Below are positions 31,741-39,476 of a stretch of 64,000 nt of DNA, one piece after another (the first letter of the stretch is position 1; the number at the start of each line of letters is the position of its first letter). Position numbers and translations under genes: made by a program. The notes beneath the pieces were generated by a model. The model had not been told where the DNA came from and ran no database searches. It saw only the letters and a list, made by a program, of their open reading frames with translations. Source of the stretch: Candidatus Saccharimonadota bacterium (GTDB taxonomy: Bacteria; Patescibacteriota; Saccharimonadia; Saccharimonadales; AWTP1-31). The stretch spans positions 9,578 through 73,577 of the forward strand of contig RXKC01000009.1 in the NCBI GenBank assembly GCA_003962975.1. The letters run 5' to 3'.

Positions 31741-34380
31741 ATGACGCAGCAGGGAGCCTCACCTACCAAACGCAAACGCCTGGTGGTTATTGACGGTAAA
31801 AGTGTTTTTTACCGTGGCTACTATGCCATGCCCGGGCTCAGTACTAAAGACGGCACACCTACGGGCGGTGTCTATGGCTTTGCCGTTATGGCGCTAGAAG
31901 TTGTGAAGCGCTTACAGCCAGATTACGTATGTGTAGCCTGGGATAAGCCAAAGACTAACATTCGGCGACGTCTCGAGCTATACCCGGCCTATAAGGCTGG
32001 TCGCAAACCAGCCCCAAAAGATTTTTATGACCAGATTCCACTGTTGCATGAGCTACTTGAAGCGTTTAATTGGCCACTGTACGAATTTGATGATTACGAA
32101 GCTGATGACATCATGGGCACATTGGCGGTGCAGGCAACTGCCCAAGATATTGAGACTATCCTTATAACTAGTGACATGGATATGCTGCAACTGATCGATT
32201 TGCACGTGAGCGTCTATGCTCTCAAAAAAGGACTCAGTAATATCGAGCTGTACCAGCCAGAAAGCTTCACCGAAAAGTATGGCTTGTTGCCACAGCAGTT
32301 CCTCGATCTTAAAGCTCTAAAAGGCGACAGCTCCGACAACATCCCCGGCGTGCCAGGCATTGGCGAGAAGGGGGCCATCGAGCTTTTGAAAGAACACCAC
32401 ACCCTGGACGGTGTATACGAGAATCTCGATCTCATCAAAGAAACAATGCGCAAAAAGCTCGAAGCCGGCAAAGACTCCGCCTACTTGAGCAAAAAAATTG
32501 CTGCCATTTGGACGGACGCACCCCTCAAGCTGGAACTGGACAAATTAGAAGTAAGCGCCTGCGAGCCACAAGATATTCGCGACGTTCTCGAAAAGCTTGA
32601 GTTCCGTAACCTTGCGCGCCAACTCCCTGAGTTTATGCACGTTGATGCAGTTGTCGAAGCGAAACAGGCCACGAAACAACTAAAACCAGGCAAGCTTGTA
32701 ACGATTGACGATAACAAAGACCTTGAAAAAGTTAGTATTCCAAAAAGCAAACAACTAATTATTCAGTCAGTATGTAGTGATGACCGCGACCGTGTACCCG
32801 AACAAATAACCTTAGGTTTTGATGACCAGACACTTGTGCTAGATCTGACCAAGCTCAAAGGCGACCTGGTAAAAAACTTTCTCAACTCCTGCTTCATGGC
32901 GCATTCTGGCGTTATTGGCTATGACCTCAAGGCTACGTTCCGCAGTCTCATTGCACTGGGCGTAAATCTGCCAGCTGTGCAGCACGACGTCTTAATTGGA
33001 AGCTTCATTATCAATAGCCTACGGCGAGAACAATCGCTCAGTGAGTTGGCAGCAGCAGATCTGGGTATTCACCTCGACGAAGGCATGAGCACACCAGCTG
33101 ACCAAGTGGCCGTCATTCGTGGCTTATACAAAGAACAAGCTGCCGAACTCAAGAAAATACCAAGCTTACTCAAACTAGCCACAGACATTGAATGGCAAAT
33201 TATTCCAGTACTGGCAGATATGGAGCAGACCGGAATTTTACTCGATACGCATTACCTCAGTCTCATGGCCGCGCAGGTTGAAGACATGATTAGTGACCTC
33301 GAGCAGCAAATTTATGGTTTTGCTGACCAAGAATTTAACATTAGCTCTCCAGCTCAACTGGCTGAAATACTCTTTACTAAACTCAAGTTGCCTACAGAGG
33401 GCATCAAGAAGGGTAAAACAGGCTATTCGACTGCTGCGACCGAGCTTGATAAGTTGCGTGACAAGCACCAAATCATCGACATGATTACACAGTACCGTGA
33501 AGTCACTAAACTTAAGAGCACCTATATTGATTCATTACCAAAACTTGTCGACAAAAATTCTAAACTGCACACTAATTTTGCACTGACGGTTGCGCAAACC
33601 GGGCGACTCAGCAGCAATGACCCTAATTTGCAGAATATTCCCGTTCGAACTGAACTAGGCAAACGCATCAGAACTGCGTTTGTAGCAGCAGAGGGTAACA
33701 CCTTAGTGAGCGCTGACTACAGCCAGTTTGAACTGCGATTGGCGGCAGTACTTGCTGATGATAAAGAAATGATCGATGCATTTAACCGTGGTATCGACAT
33801 TCACACCCTTACAGCTGCCCAGGTATATGGACGTGATCCAGAAGAAGTCACCAAAAATATGCGCCGTGATGCTAAGGTGGTGAACTTCGGCATTATGTAC
33901 GGGCTCAGTACACACGGTTTGGTGGCAGCAACTGGCATGGGGTATGACCAGGCCAAAACCTTTATCGATAAGTATTTCCAGACGCGGCCAAAACTCAAAG
34001 CCTATATCGAGACAGTTAAAGAACAGGCTAAAGAAGACGGTTACGTCGAGAATTTGCTTGGTCGCCGCCGTCCAACCCCAGATGTAAAATCGAGTAACTT
34101 CATGGTTCGCGAAGGTGCTATGCGGGCAGCAGTTAACATGCCATTCCAGGGCAGCGCTGCCGACATCATGAAGAAAGCGATGATTGATATCCAAGCCAAA
34201 CTGCAAGGCACCAAAGCCAAAATGCTCCTACAGATCCACGACAGTGTATTGGTAGAGTGTCCTGAAGACGATGCAAAAGAGATTGCTCAGTTGTTGAAAG
34301 ACACCATGGAAGCAGCCTACAAGCTGCCAGTTGAACTGACGGTAGAGACAGACATTGGTAAGAACTGGGGCGAAATTTAG
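31741..34380 (+). CDS. polA: DNA polymerase I
   Basis: 879 aa with a 5' nuclease domain and polymerase motifs A (DYSQFELRLAA), B (RRDAKVVNFGIMYG) and C (QIHDSVLVE). No recognisable Exo I DxE motif. Confidence 0.96.
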   Translation: MTQQGASPTKRKRLVVIDGKSVFYRGYYAMPGLSTKDGTPTGGVYGFAVMALEVVKRLQPDYVCVAWDKPKTNIRRRLELYPAYKAGRKPAPKDFYDQIPLLHELLEAFNWPLYEFDDYEADDIMGTLAVQATAQDIETILITSDMDMLQLIDLHVSVYALKKGLSNIELYQPESFTEKYGLLPQQFLDLKALKGDSSDNIPGVPGIGEKGAIELLKEHHTLDGVYENLDLIKETMRKKLEAGKDSAYLSKKIAAIWTDAPLKLELDKLEVSACEPQDIRDVLEKLEFRNLARQLPEFMHVDAVVEAKQATKQLKPGKLVTIDDNKDLEKVSIPKSKQLIIQSVCSDDRDRVPEQITLGFDDQTLVLDLTKLKGDLVKNFLNSCFMAHSGVIGYDLKATFRSLIALGVNLPAVQHDVLIGSFIINSLRREQSLSELAAADLGIHLDEGMSTPADQVAVIRGLYKEQAAELKKIPSLLKLATDIEWQIIPVLADMEQTGILLDTHYLSLMAAQVEDMISDLEQQIYGFADQEFNISSPAQLAEILFTKLKLPTEGIKKGKTGYSTAATELDKLRDKHQIIDMITQYREVTKLKSTYIDSLPKLVDKNSKLHTNFALTVAQTGRLSSNDPNLQNIPVRTELGKRIRTAFVAAEGNTLVSADYSQFELRLAAVLADDKEMIDAFNRGIDIHTLTAAQVYGRDPEEVTKNMRRDAKVVNFGIMYGLSTHGLVAATGMGYDQAKTFIDKYFQTRPKLKAYIETVKEQAKEDGYVENLLGRRRPTPDVKSSNFMVREGAMRAAVNMPFQGSAADIMKKAMIDIQAKLQGTKAKMLLQIHDSVLVECPEDDAKEIAQLLKDTMEAAYKLPVELTVETDIGKNWGEI

Positions 34381-34875
34381 GTGAAGCTGTATGTTGCGGG
34401 CAAGGTTTCCAAAGAATCGGTCTTTGGCACTCACCATTGGCGCGACGAATTTTGTGCCAAACTAGAGGAACTCTCTGGCATTACGCTAGAAAACATTGAT
34501 CCCACAAAGATTGAAGGCGATCAGGGCAACTACAAGCTGGTATTTGCTGAATGCTGCCGCATGATCAAGCAAGCAGACTGCATGATCGTGTATCTATCTG
34601 ACGATATCAGCATAGGTGGCAGCCAGGAAATCTTGATTGCTAAATACTTTAATAAGCCAGTCATAGGATTAGCTCCTTTGGGTGGTAAGTTTAATGGATC
34701 TACAAAACAATATTTTGGGCAGACTGTAGAAAACTATCAAGATCCATTCGTCTTTAGTACCTGTGATGTGGTGGTAACTACTGTCGAAGAAGCGGCTGAA
34801 ACGCTGAAAACCATTCCTACTATCCAGCCCAAAGGTATAGAGCTTATTGGTCAATCAGTTTCTGATACAAACTAG
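34381..34875 (+). CDS. Nucleoside 2-deoxyribosyltransferase-like superfamily protein (function unknown)
   Basis: The GTG start immediately follows the polA stop. KLYVAGK at the N-terminus and ADCMIVYLSDDISIGGSQEILIAKYFNKPVIGL resemble the NDT-like fold pattern. Weak call. Confidence 0.45.
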   Translation: MKLYVAGKVSKESVFGTHHWRDEFCAKLEELSGITLENIDPTKIEGDQGNYKLVFAECCRMIKQADCMIVYLSDDISIGGSQEILIAKYFNKPVIGLAPLGGKFNGSTKQYFGQTVENYQDPFVFSTCDVVVTTVEEAAETLKTIPTIQPKGIELIGQSVSDTN

Positions 34876-35653
34876 GGTTGTGTACACGCAAATAACTGGC
34901 GCCCGCCTTTGCGGCTATTTGGCCAGCTTTTTGGTTAGCGATCGGATCTGTCTTGTCACCTCCAAAGGCTTCAGCGATCATGCGCTTTTGAGAGTGCCCA
35001 ATGAGTACTTTGATCGTTGGCTCACGCACCGCCTGCGGGTCAAGTTTGTGCAGTAATTGTCGATCGGTAGCAAGGCTTCCAAATTCAAGAAGCTTTCGAT
35101 TGAGTTTAGAGGTTTTACCAAAGCCAATACCTGGGTCAAGAATGATATGATCAGGATTGACACCGGCCTGTATCATTTGGCGCCGTCGCTCTAAAAGTTC
35201 GCGCAGTACATCAGTTTCATCGTCCATGGTTGCATTCCCGTGTGCCCATGCAATACTGCCGTTGGCGGCCAAGGGCAGGTGACTGACAATACACATAACA
35301 GAATGAGCCACAGCGAGTTCAATCATGCGTGGATCATGGAACATGGTTACATCATTTATGATGATCTTTCCTGAGGCCAAAGCCTGTTCGGCAACTTCAG
35401 GACGGAAAGTATCAAGCGAGATGCGTCCTGGAGATTCATTGAGTAGGGTAGGTAGTACATCAGCAATGCTTTTCCATTCAGTTTCGACATCCCCTTGGCT
35501 TGCCCATGGGTTGGTAGCTTGGCCACCAATGTCGACCCAGTGTGCTCCATCTGCTAAGGCCTGGCGTGCTCGCTCGAGTGCTGAGCCACCAGGACGTGTA
35601 TCCGCATCGATACTCTCGGTGGTGGTATTAATAATGGCAATCAGCTGCAACAT
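34844..35653 (-). CDS. folP: Dihydropteroate synthase
   Basis: WVDIGGQATNP, SLDTFRPEVA, IINDV and ILDPGIGFGKT are canonical pterin-binding DHPS blocks. Confidence 0.9.
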   Translation of the reverse strand: MLQLIAIINTTTESIDADTRPGGSALERARQALADGAHWVDIGGQATNPWASQGDVETEWKSIADVLPTLLNESPGRISLDTFRPEVAEQALASGKIIINDVTMFHDPRMIELAVAHSVMCIVSHLPLAANGSIAWAHGNATMDDETDVLRELLERRRQMIQAGVNPDHIILDPGIGFGKTSKLNRKLLEFGSLATDRQLLHKLDPQAVREPTIKVLIGHSQKRMIAEAFGGDKTDPIANQKAGQIAAKAGASYLRVHNPSLYQKLIDQ

Positions 35654-35721
35654 ATTTATCTAGTATATGGGCGTTGTAAAAATAGAGCAAATGTGATATT
35701 GTATACGGGAAAAGGAGTAGT

Positions 35722-36300
35722 ATGACACCAAAGCGACAGTTTATTGTTTTCTTGCTGGCCGTAATCGGTTTTGTTTTGCTACTCATGCTTCTTTTTGGAC
35801 GAAGTCCAGCGTTCCGCAGCAACCGCTCTACTCAAGTCAAAAAGGAATTCACGCTGACCGAGTATGCCCAGCGTGATTCCAAGGTTGTGGCTATTATCGA
35901 CGGCCCTATTAACGGTGATGATAAGCACCGAGCTATTCGTTTCACAATCAGTCGCGGTACTCGACTTGCTGAGGTTGTACAGGGTTACGAAGGCACTGTT
36001 ATCAAACGACAAAGCCAGCCAAATAACCCCAATGCCTACAACGACTTTATGCACGCATTGCAAAAGACCGGCTTTGGTAAGGAACGCAAGACTGCCATCA
36101 AAAGCGAGCAGGGCATCTGTGCAACCGGTCGACGTTATGTCTTTGAGGTTTACGATAATAACGACCGTATTTCTCGTACCTGGACTGCCGGCTGTATCAA
36201 AGGAAACTCTATGGCAGAACCAAGCACGGTAACGAATCTCTTTAGTGCGCAAATCACAGACTACGGCAAATTTACATCCGGCGTCTGGACAGACTACTAG
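35722..36300 (+). CDS. Hypothetical N-terminally anchored protein (192 aa)
   Basis: SD is AAAGGAG. It has an N-terminal TM helix (FIVFLLAVIGFVLLLMLLF). No family recognised. Confidence 0.6.
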   Translation: MTPKRQFIVFLLAVIGFVLLLMLLFGRSPAFRSNRSTQVKKEFTLTEYAQRDSKVVAIIDGPINGDDKHRAIRFTISRGTRLAEVVQGYEGTVIKRQSQPNNPNAYNDFMHALQKTGFGKERKTAIKSEQGICATGRRYVFEVYDNNDRISRTWTAGCIKGNSMAEPSTVTNLFSAQITDYGKFTSGVWTDY

Positions 36301-36315
36301 TGGTACTATAGGTAC

Positions 36316-36891
36316 GTGATTCGTGCCATAATTTTTGATTGCTTTGGTGTTCTTACCAACGCTCCATGGAAAGAGTTTCTGGGCAGCCTACCAGCCGCTC
36401 AGCAACAACCCGCCAGCGACCTAAACCATGCTTTAGACAGTGGCTTTATCACGCTCAATGAATTCCTTCAGAAGATCGAAGAGCTTACCGGCATGAGCCC
36501 GCCACTCGTCGAGGAGATTATTAATCCTGGTCCAGAAAAGAACACGGTCTTGCTTGGTTATATAAAAACACTTGGCGATACATACAAAGTAGGGCTCCTT
36601 AGCAACGTGTCATCCAACTGGATTAGTGAAGTCCTGCTAAGCAAGCAAGAAGCCAATCTTTTTTCGGACATGGTGCTATCGCATGAAGTTGGCATGATCA
36701 AACCAAACCCAGAAATATACCAACTGGCTGCTCAAAGACTTGGTTGCGAGCCAGGTGAATGCGTCATGGTTGATGACTCAGAGGGCAATTGCCAAGGCGC
36801 TGAGGCAGTTGGCATGAAAGCAATAGTGTACAAAAATTTTGTTCAGTTTCAGCAAGAACTTTCACCCCTGTTATCCGACTCGAATAAGTAG
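36316..36891 (+). CDS. HAD-superfamily hydrolase (subfamily IA-like)
   Basis: GTG start. Motif I is IIFDCFGVL (Asp nucleophile, with the second Asp replaced as in haloacid-dehalogenase-type members). Motif II is LLSN and motif IV is VDDSEGN. Confidence 0.78.
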   Translation: MIRAIIFDCFGVLTNAPWKEFLGSLPAAQQQPASDLNHALDSGFITLNEFLQKIEELTGMSPPLVEEIINPGPEKNTVLLGYIKTLGDTYKVGLLSNVSSNWISEVLLSKQEANLFSDMVLSHEVGMIKPNPEIYQLAAQRLGCEPGECVMVDDSEGNCQGAEAVGMKAIVYKNFVQFQQELSPLLSDSNK

Positions 36892-37110
36892 CTTTTTAGT
36901 TGTTTTTAATGCGTTCTGAAGTTCAAAAATATGCAGTCGCAGCGTGCCGGCAAGTGCAGCGCCACGTACCGTAATAACAATTTGTTGCTTATTCATTGTG
37001 ACGTTTGCCTCAGACTGAAAACGCTTCTGAACGAACTCTTTAATGATCTTTATTTCAGTCGGTTGCCCATCATCACGGCGCTGTAAGATGTCCTTAAGTG
37101 ACTCACTCAT
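36871..37110 (-). CDS. Small hypothetical protein (79 aa), possibly DUF721/DciA-like
   Basis: I trimmed the track ORF (to 37212) to the ATG at 37108-37110 (MSESLKD), because the longer form would run through the fpg start region. QIVITVRGAALAGTLRLHIFELQNAL loosely resembles DUF721. Weak call. Confidence 0.35.
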   Translation of the reverse strand: MSESLKDILQRRDDGQPTEIKIIKEFVQKRFQSEANVTMNKQQIVITVRGAALAGTLRLHIFELQNALKTTKKLLIRVG

Positions 37111-37150
37111 GTGGCTACAGTGTATACTGGAACATGCTAAAGAGGAACAT

Positions 37151-38020
37151 ATGCCGGAGCTACCCGAAGTCGAAACAGTCCGTCTAGGACTGCAACGTTT
37201 ATTGCCAAGCAAGCGTATTGCTTCGGTGTGGTTCGATACTGAAAAGTCGTTTCCAAATGCAACGGCAGACGTCGAAAGTTTTCTGATTGGCGCTCAAATA
37301 ACCAATGTCGAGAGACGCGCCAAAGTTTTGATAATCAACCTAAGCACTGACTACTCACTGCTAGTGCACTTAAAAATGACTGGCCAGCTGGTGTTTGTGG
37401 GTAAAGAGCGTTTTGGGGCAGGCCACCCTAATGACTCGCTCATCAATCCATTACCAGACAAGTCGACACGGGTAAGTTTAGACTTGGGTGACGCAGTACT
37501 TTACTTTAATGATCAGCGAAAGTTCGGTTGGGTACGACTACTGCCAACTGTTGAAATACCCAATATAGATTTTATGAAAAAGCTCGGGCCTGAACCGCTG
37601 AGCTCAGACATCAATGCCAAATTATTTCATGAACGTTTAGCGCGGAGAGTTGGTACCACCATTAAAGCAGCCTTGCTTGATCAATCGGTTATTGCAGGCG
37701 TTGGCAATATTTATGCTGACGAAAGCTTGTGGGCGGCGCAGATTCACCCGGCCACGCGGGTACGAGACCTGTCCGAACAACAGACAAGTCTGCTGTTTAC
37801 TGAGCTTCAAGCGGTACTGCGACTGAGCATTGAAAAAGGTGGTTCCTCGGACCGAAACTATGTAAATGCCGAAGGCAAAAAGGGCAGTTACATTAGCTTC
37901 GCTAAAGTTTTTCGCCGTGAGGGACAGGCTTGCCCACGCTGTGGTTCAACCATCGAAAAAACTCGAGTGGCTGGTCGTGGAACCCATGTCTGTACAACCT
38001 GCCAAAAGGAGCCGGTATGA
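37151..38020 (+). CDS. mutM: Formamidopyrimidine-DNA glycosylase (Fpg/MutM)
   Basis: MPELPEVETV N-terminus with catalytic Pro2/Glu3, plus the C-terminal zinc finger CPRCGSTIEKTRVAGRGTHVCTTCQ. SD is AGAGGA. I trimmed the track start (37043). Confidence 0.93.
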   Translation: MPELPEVETVRLGLQRLLPSKRIASVWFDTEKSFPNATADVESFLIGAQITNVERRAKVLIINLSTDYSLLVHLKMTGQLVFVGKERFGAGHPNDSLINPLPDKSTRVSLDLGDAVLYFNDQRKFGWVRLLPTVEIPNIDFMKKLGPEPLSSDINAKLFHERLARRVGTTIKAALLDQSVIAGVGNIYADESLWAAQIHPATRVRDLSEQQTSLLFTELQAVLRLSIEKGGSSDRNYVNAEGKKGSYISFAKVFRREGQACPRCGSTIEKTRVAGRGTHVCTTCQKEPV

Positions 38021-38937
38021 TAACCACTCTGACGGGTACTAATGGCTTTCTACTCAGAGCGAAACTGCGTCAGTTGACTGACACATTCATTGCTCAGTAT
38101 GGCAACTTTGGTATGGAACGCTTTCCGGCAGGAGAAACTGACTACGAAAAATTACTCGATAGCGTTCAGGCTTTACCGTTTTTGGCCGAGAGGCGCTTGG
38201 TAATTATCGATACTCCTTCCGATAACAAGAAACTTGCCGAACACATTGAGAATTTTCTTGACGGAGTCAGTGATACGACCGACCTCGTACTAGTGGAAGC
38301 TAAGTTTGATAAGCGAAGCCAGTTGTATAAGGTACTTAAAAAACAGACGGATCTGCATGATTTTGTGCAGCTTGATAGTGCTCAGCTTCCACAGTGGCTG
38401 GCTAGCCAGGTGCAAGAGCAGGGCGGTGAAATTACTGCAGCCGCAGCACGGTACTTGATTGACCGAGTCGGCAGCGACCAGTTACGTTTGAGTAACGAGA
38501 TCGCCAAGCTAGTAGTCTATGCACCAAAAGTAACCAACGAATCAATTGATCTTCTGACAGCGCCAGCTCCACAGAGCACGATTTTTGAACTACTGGATGC
38601 AGCTTTCGCTGGCAACCAAAAACGAGTGCTACAACTCTACGATGAACAGCGACAACAAAAAGTTGAGCCCCAGGCCATATTGGCTCTGTTGGTATGGCAG
38701 CTTCATATACTAGCTGTGGTCAAGGCAGCTGCTGACACTCCTCCAGCGAAGATTGCCGAGGAAGCAAAACTTAATCCGTTTGTAGTGCGTAAAACAGCTG
38801 TGTTGGCTAGCCGAATGACGCTGCCGCAGCTAAAACAGGTTGTACATCGAGTATTAGAAGTTGATACACAATTAAAACAGCGTCCGATAAATGCTGATCA
38901 AGCTATACAGACGCTGTTACTGACTATTCAAGAGTAG
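38017..38937 (+). CDS. holA: DNA polymerase III delta subunit
   Basis: 306 aa. The ATGA overlap with the fpg stop, the overall length and the LRLSNEIAKL / LLDA blocks fit HolA. Sequence conservation is low. Confidence 0.75.
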   Translation: MITTLTGTNGFLLRAKLRQLTDTFIAQYGNFGMERFPAGETDYEKLLDSVQALPFLAERRLVIIDTPSDNKKLAEHIENFLDGVSDTTDLVLVEAKFDKRSQLYKVLKKQTDLHDFVQLDSAQLPQWLASQVQEQGGEITAAAARYLIDRVGSDQLRLSNEIAKLVVYAPKVTNESIDLLTAPAPQSTIFELLDAAFAGNQKRVLQLYDEQRQQKVEPQAILALLVWQLHILAVVKAAADTPPAKIAEEAKLNPFVVRKTAVLASRMTLPQLKQVVHRVLEVDTQLKQRPINADQAIQTLLLTIQE

Positions 38938-38950
38938 GGCGAATAGTTGA

Positions 38951-39319
38951 CTATTTTGAAGCAGGCTTTTTAGCTGCTGGCTTCTTTGCAGCTGGTTTTG
39001 CAGTTTTAGCTACGGCTTTTTTAGGAGCAGCTTTCTTAGCGGGTGCAGCCTTAGCTTTAGGAGCAGCGGTGCTCTTTACGCCAGCAGCTTTTGCAGCTGC
39101 AGCTAGTTGGCTTTTCTTGCGAGCAGCCTTGTTCTTGTGAATAACACCTTTTTTAACAGCTTGATCAATGGCGCTTTGTGCTTCACTGACGCTAGAGCTG
39201 GTCATACTTGCTTGGAAACTCTTTAGAGCAGAGCGAAGTGTGCGCTTGGTGCGAATGTTGCGAGCGGTTGCTTTGCTGGCAACTCGAACACGCTTTTTGG
39301 CTGATTTGATAATTGGCAT
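38951..39319 (-). CDS. rpsT: 30S ribosomal protein S20 with a Lys/Ala/Pro-rich C-terminal extension
   Basis: MPIIKSAKKRVRVASKATARNIRTKRTLRSALK is the canonical S20 N-terminus. SD is AAGGA. A tail of about 45 aa rich in A, K and P follows. Confidence 0.92.
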   Translation of the reverse strand: MPIIKSAKKRVRVASKATARNIRTKRTLRSALKSFQASMTSSSVSEAQSAIDQAVKKGVIHKNKAARKKSQLAAAAKAAGVKSTAAPKAKAAPAKKAAPKKAVAKTAKPAAKKPAAKKPASK

Positions 39320-39476
39320 GAACAAATATCCTTTAGTACATTAGTTTTTAGTGAATGTTCAAGGGTAAACTATACCAGATATAGTCTGCCTGGGCAAGAG
39401 GTGACACAATCCGCTAGACAGAAGACAGTGCTTATGGTATTTTTGTTTCATAGGTTAACTAAAACAAAAAACAAAC

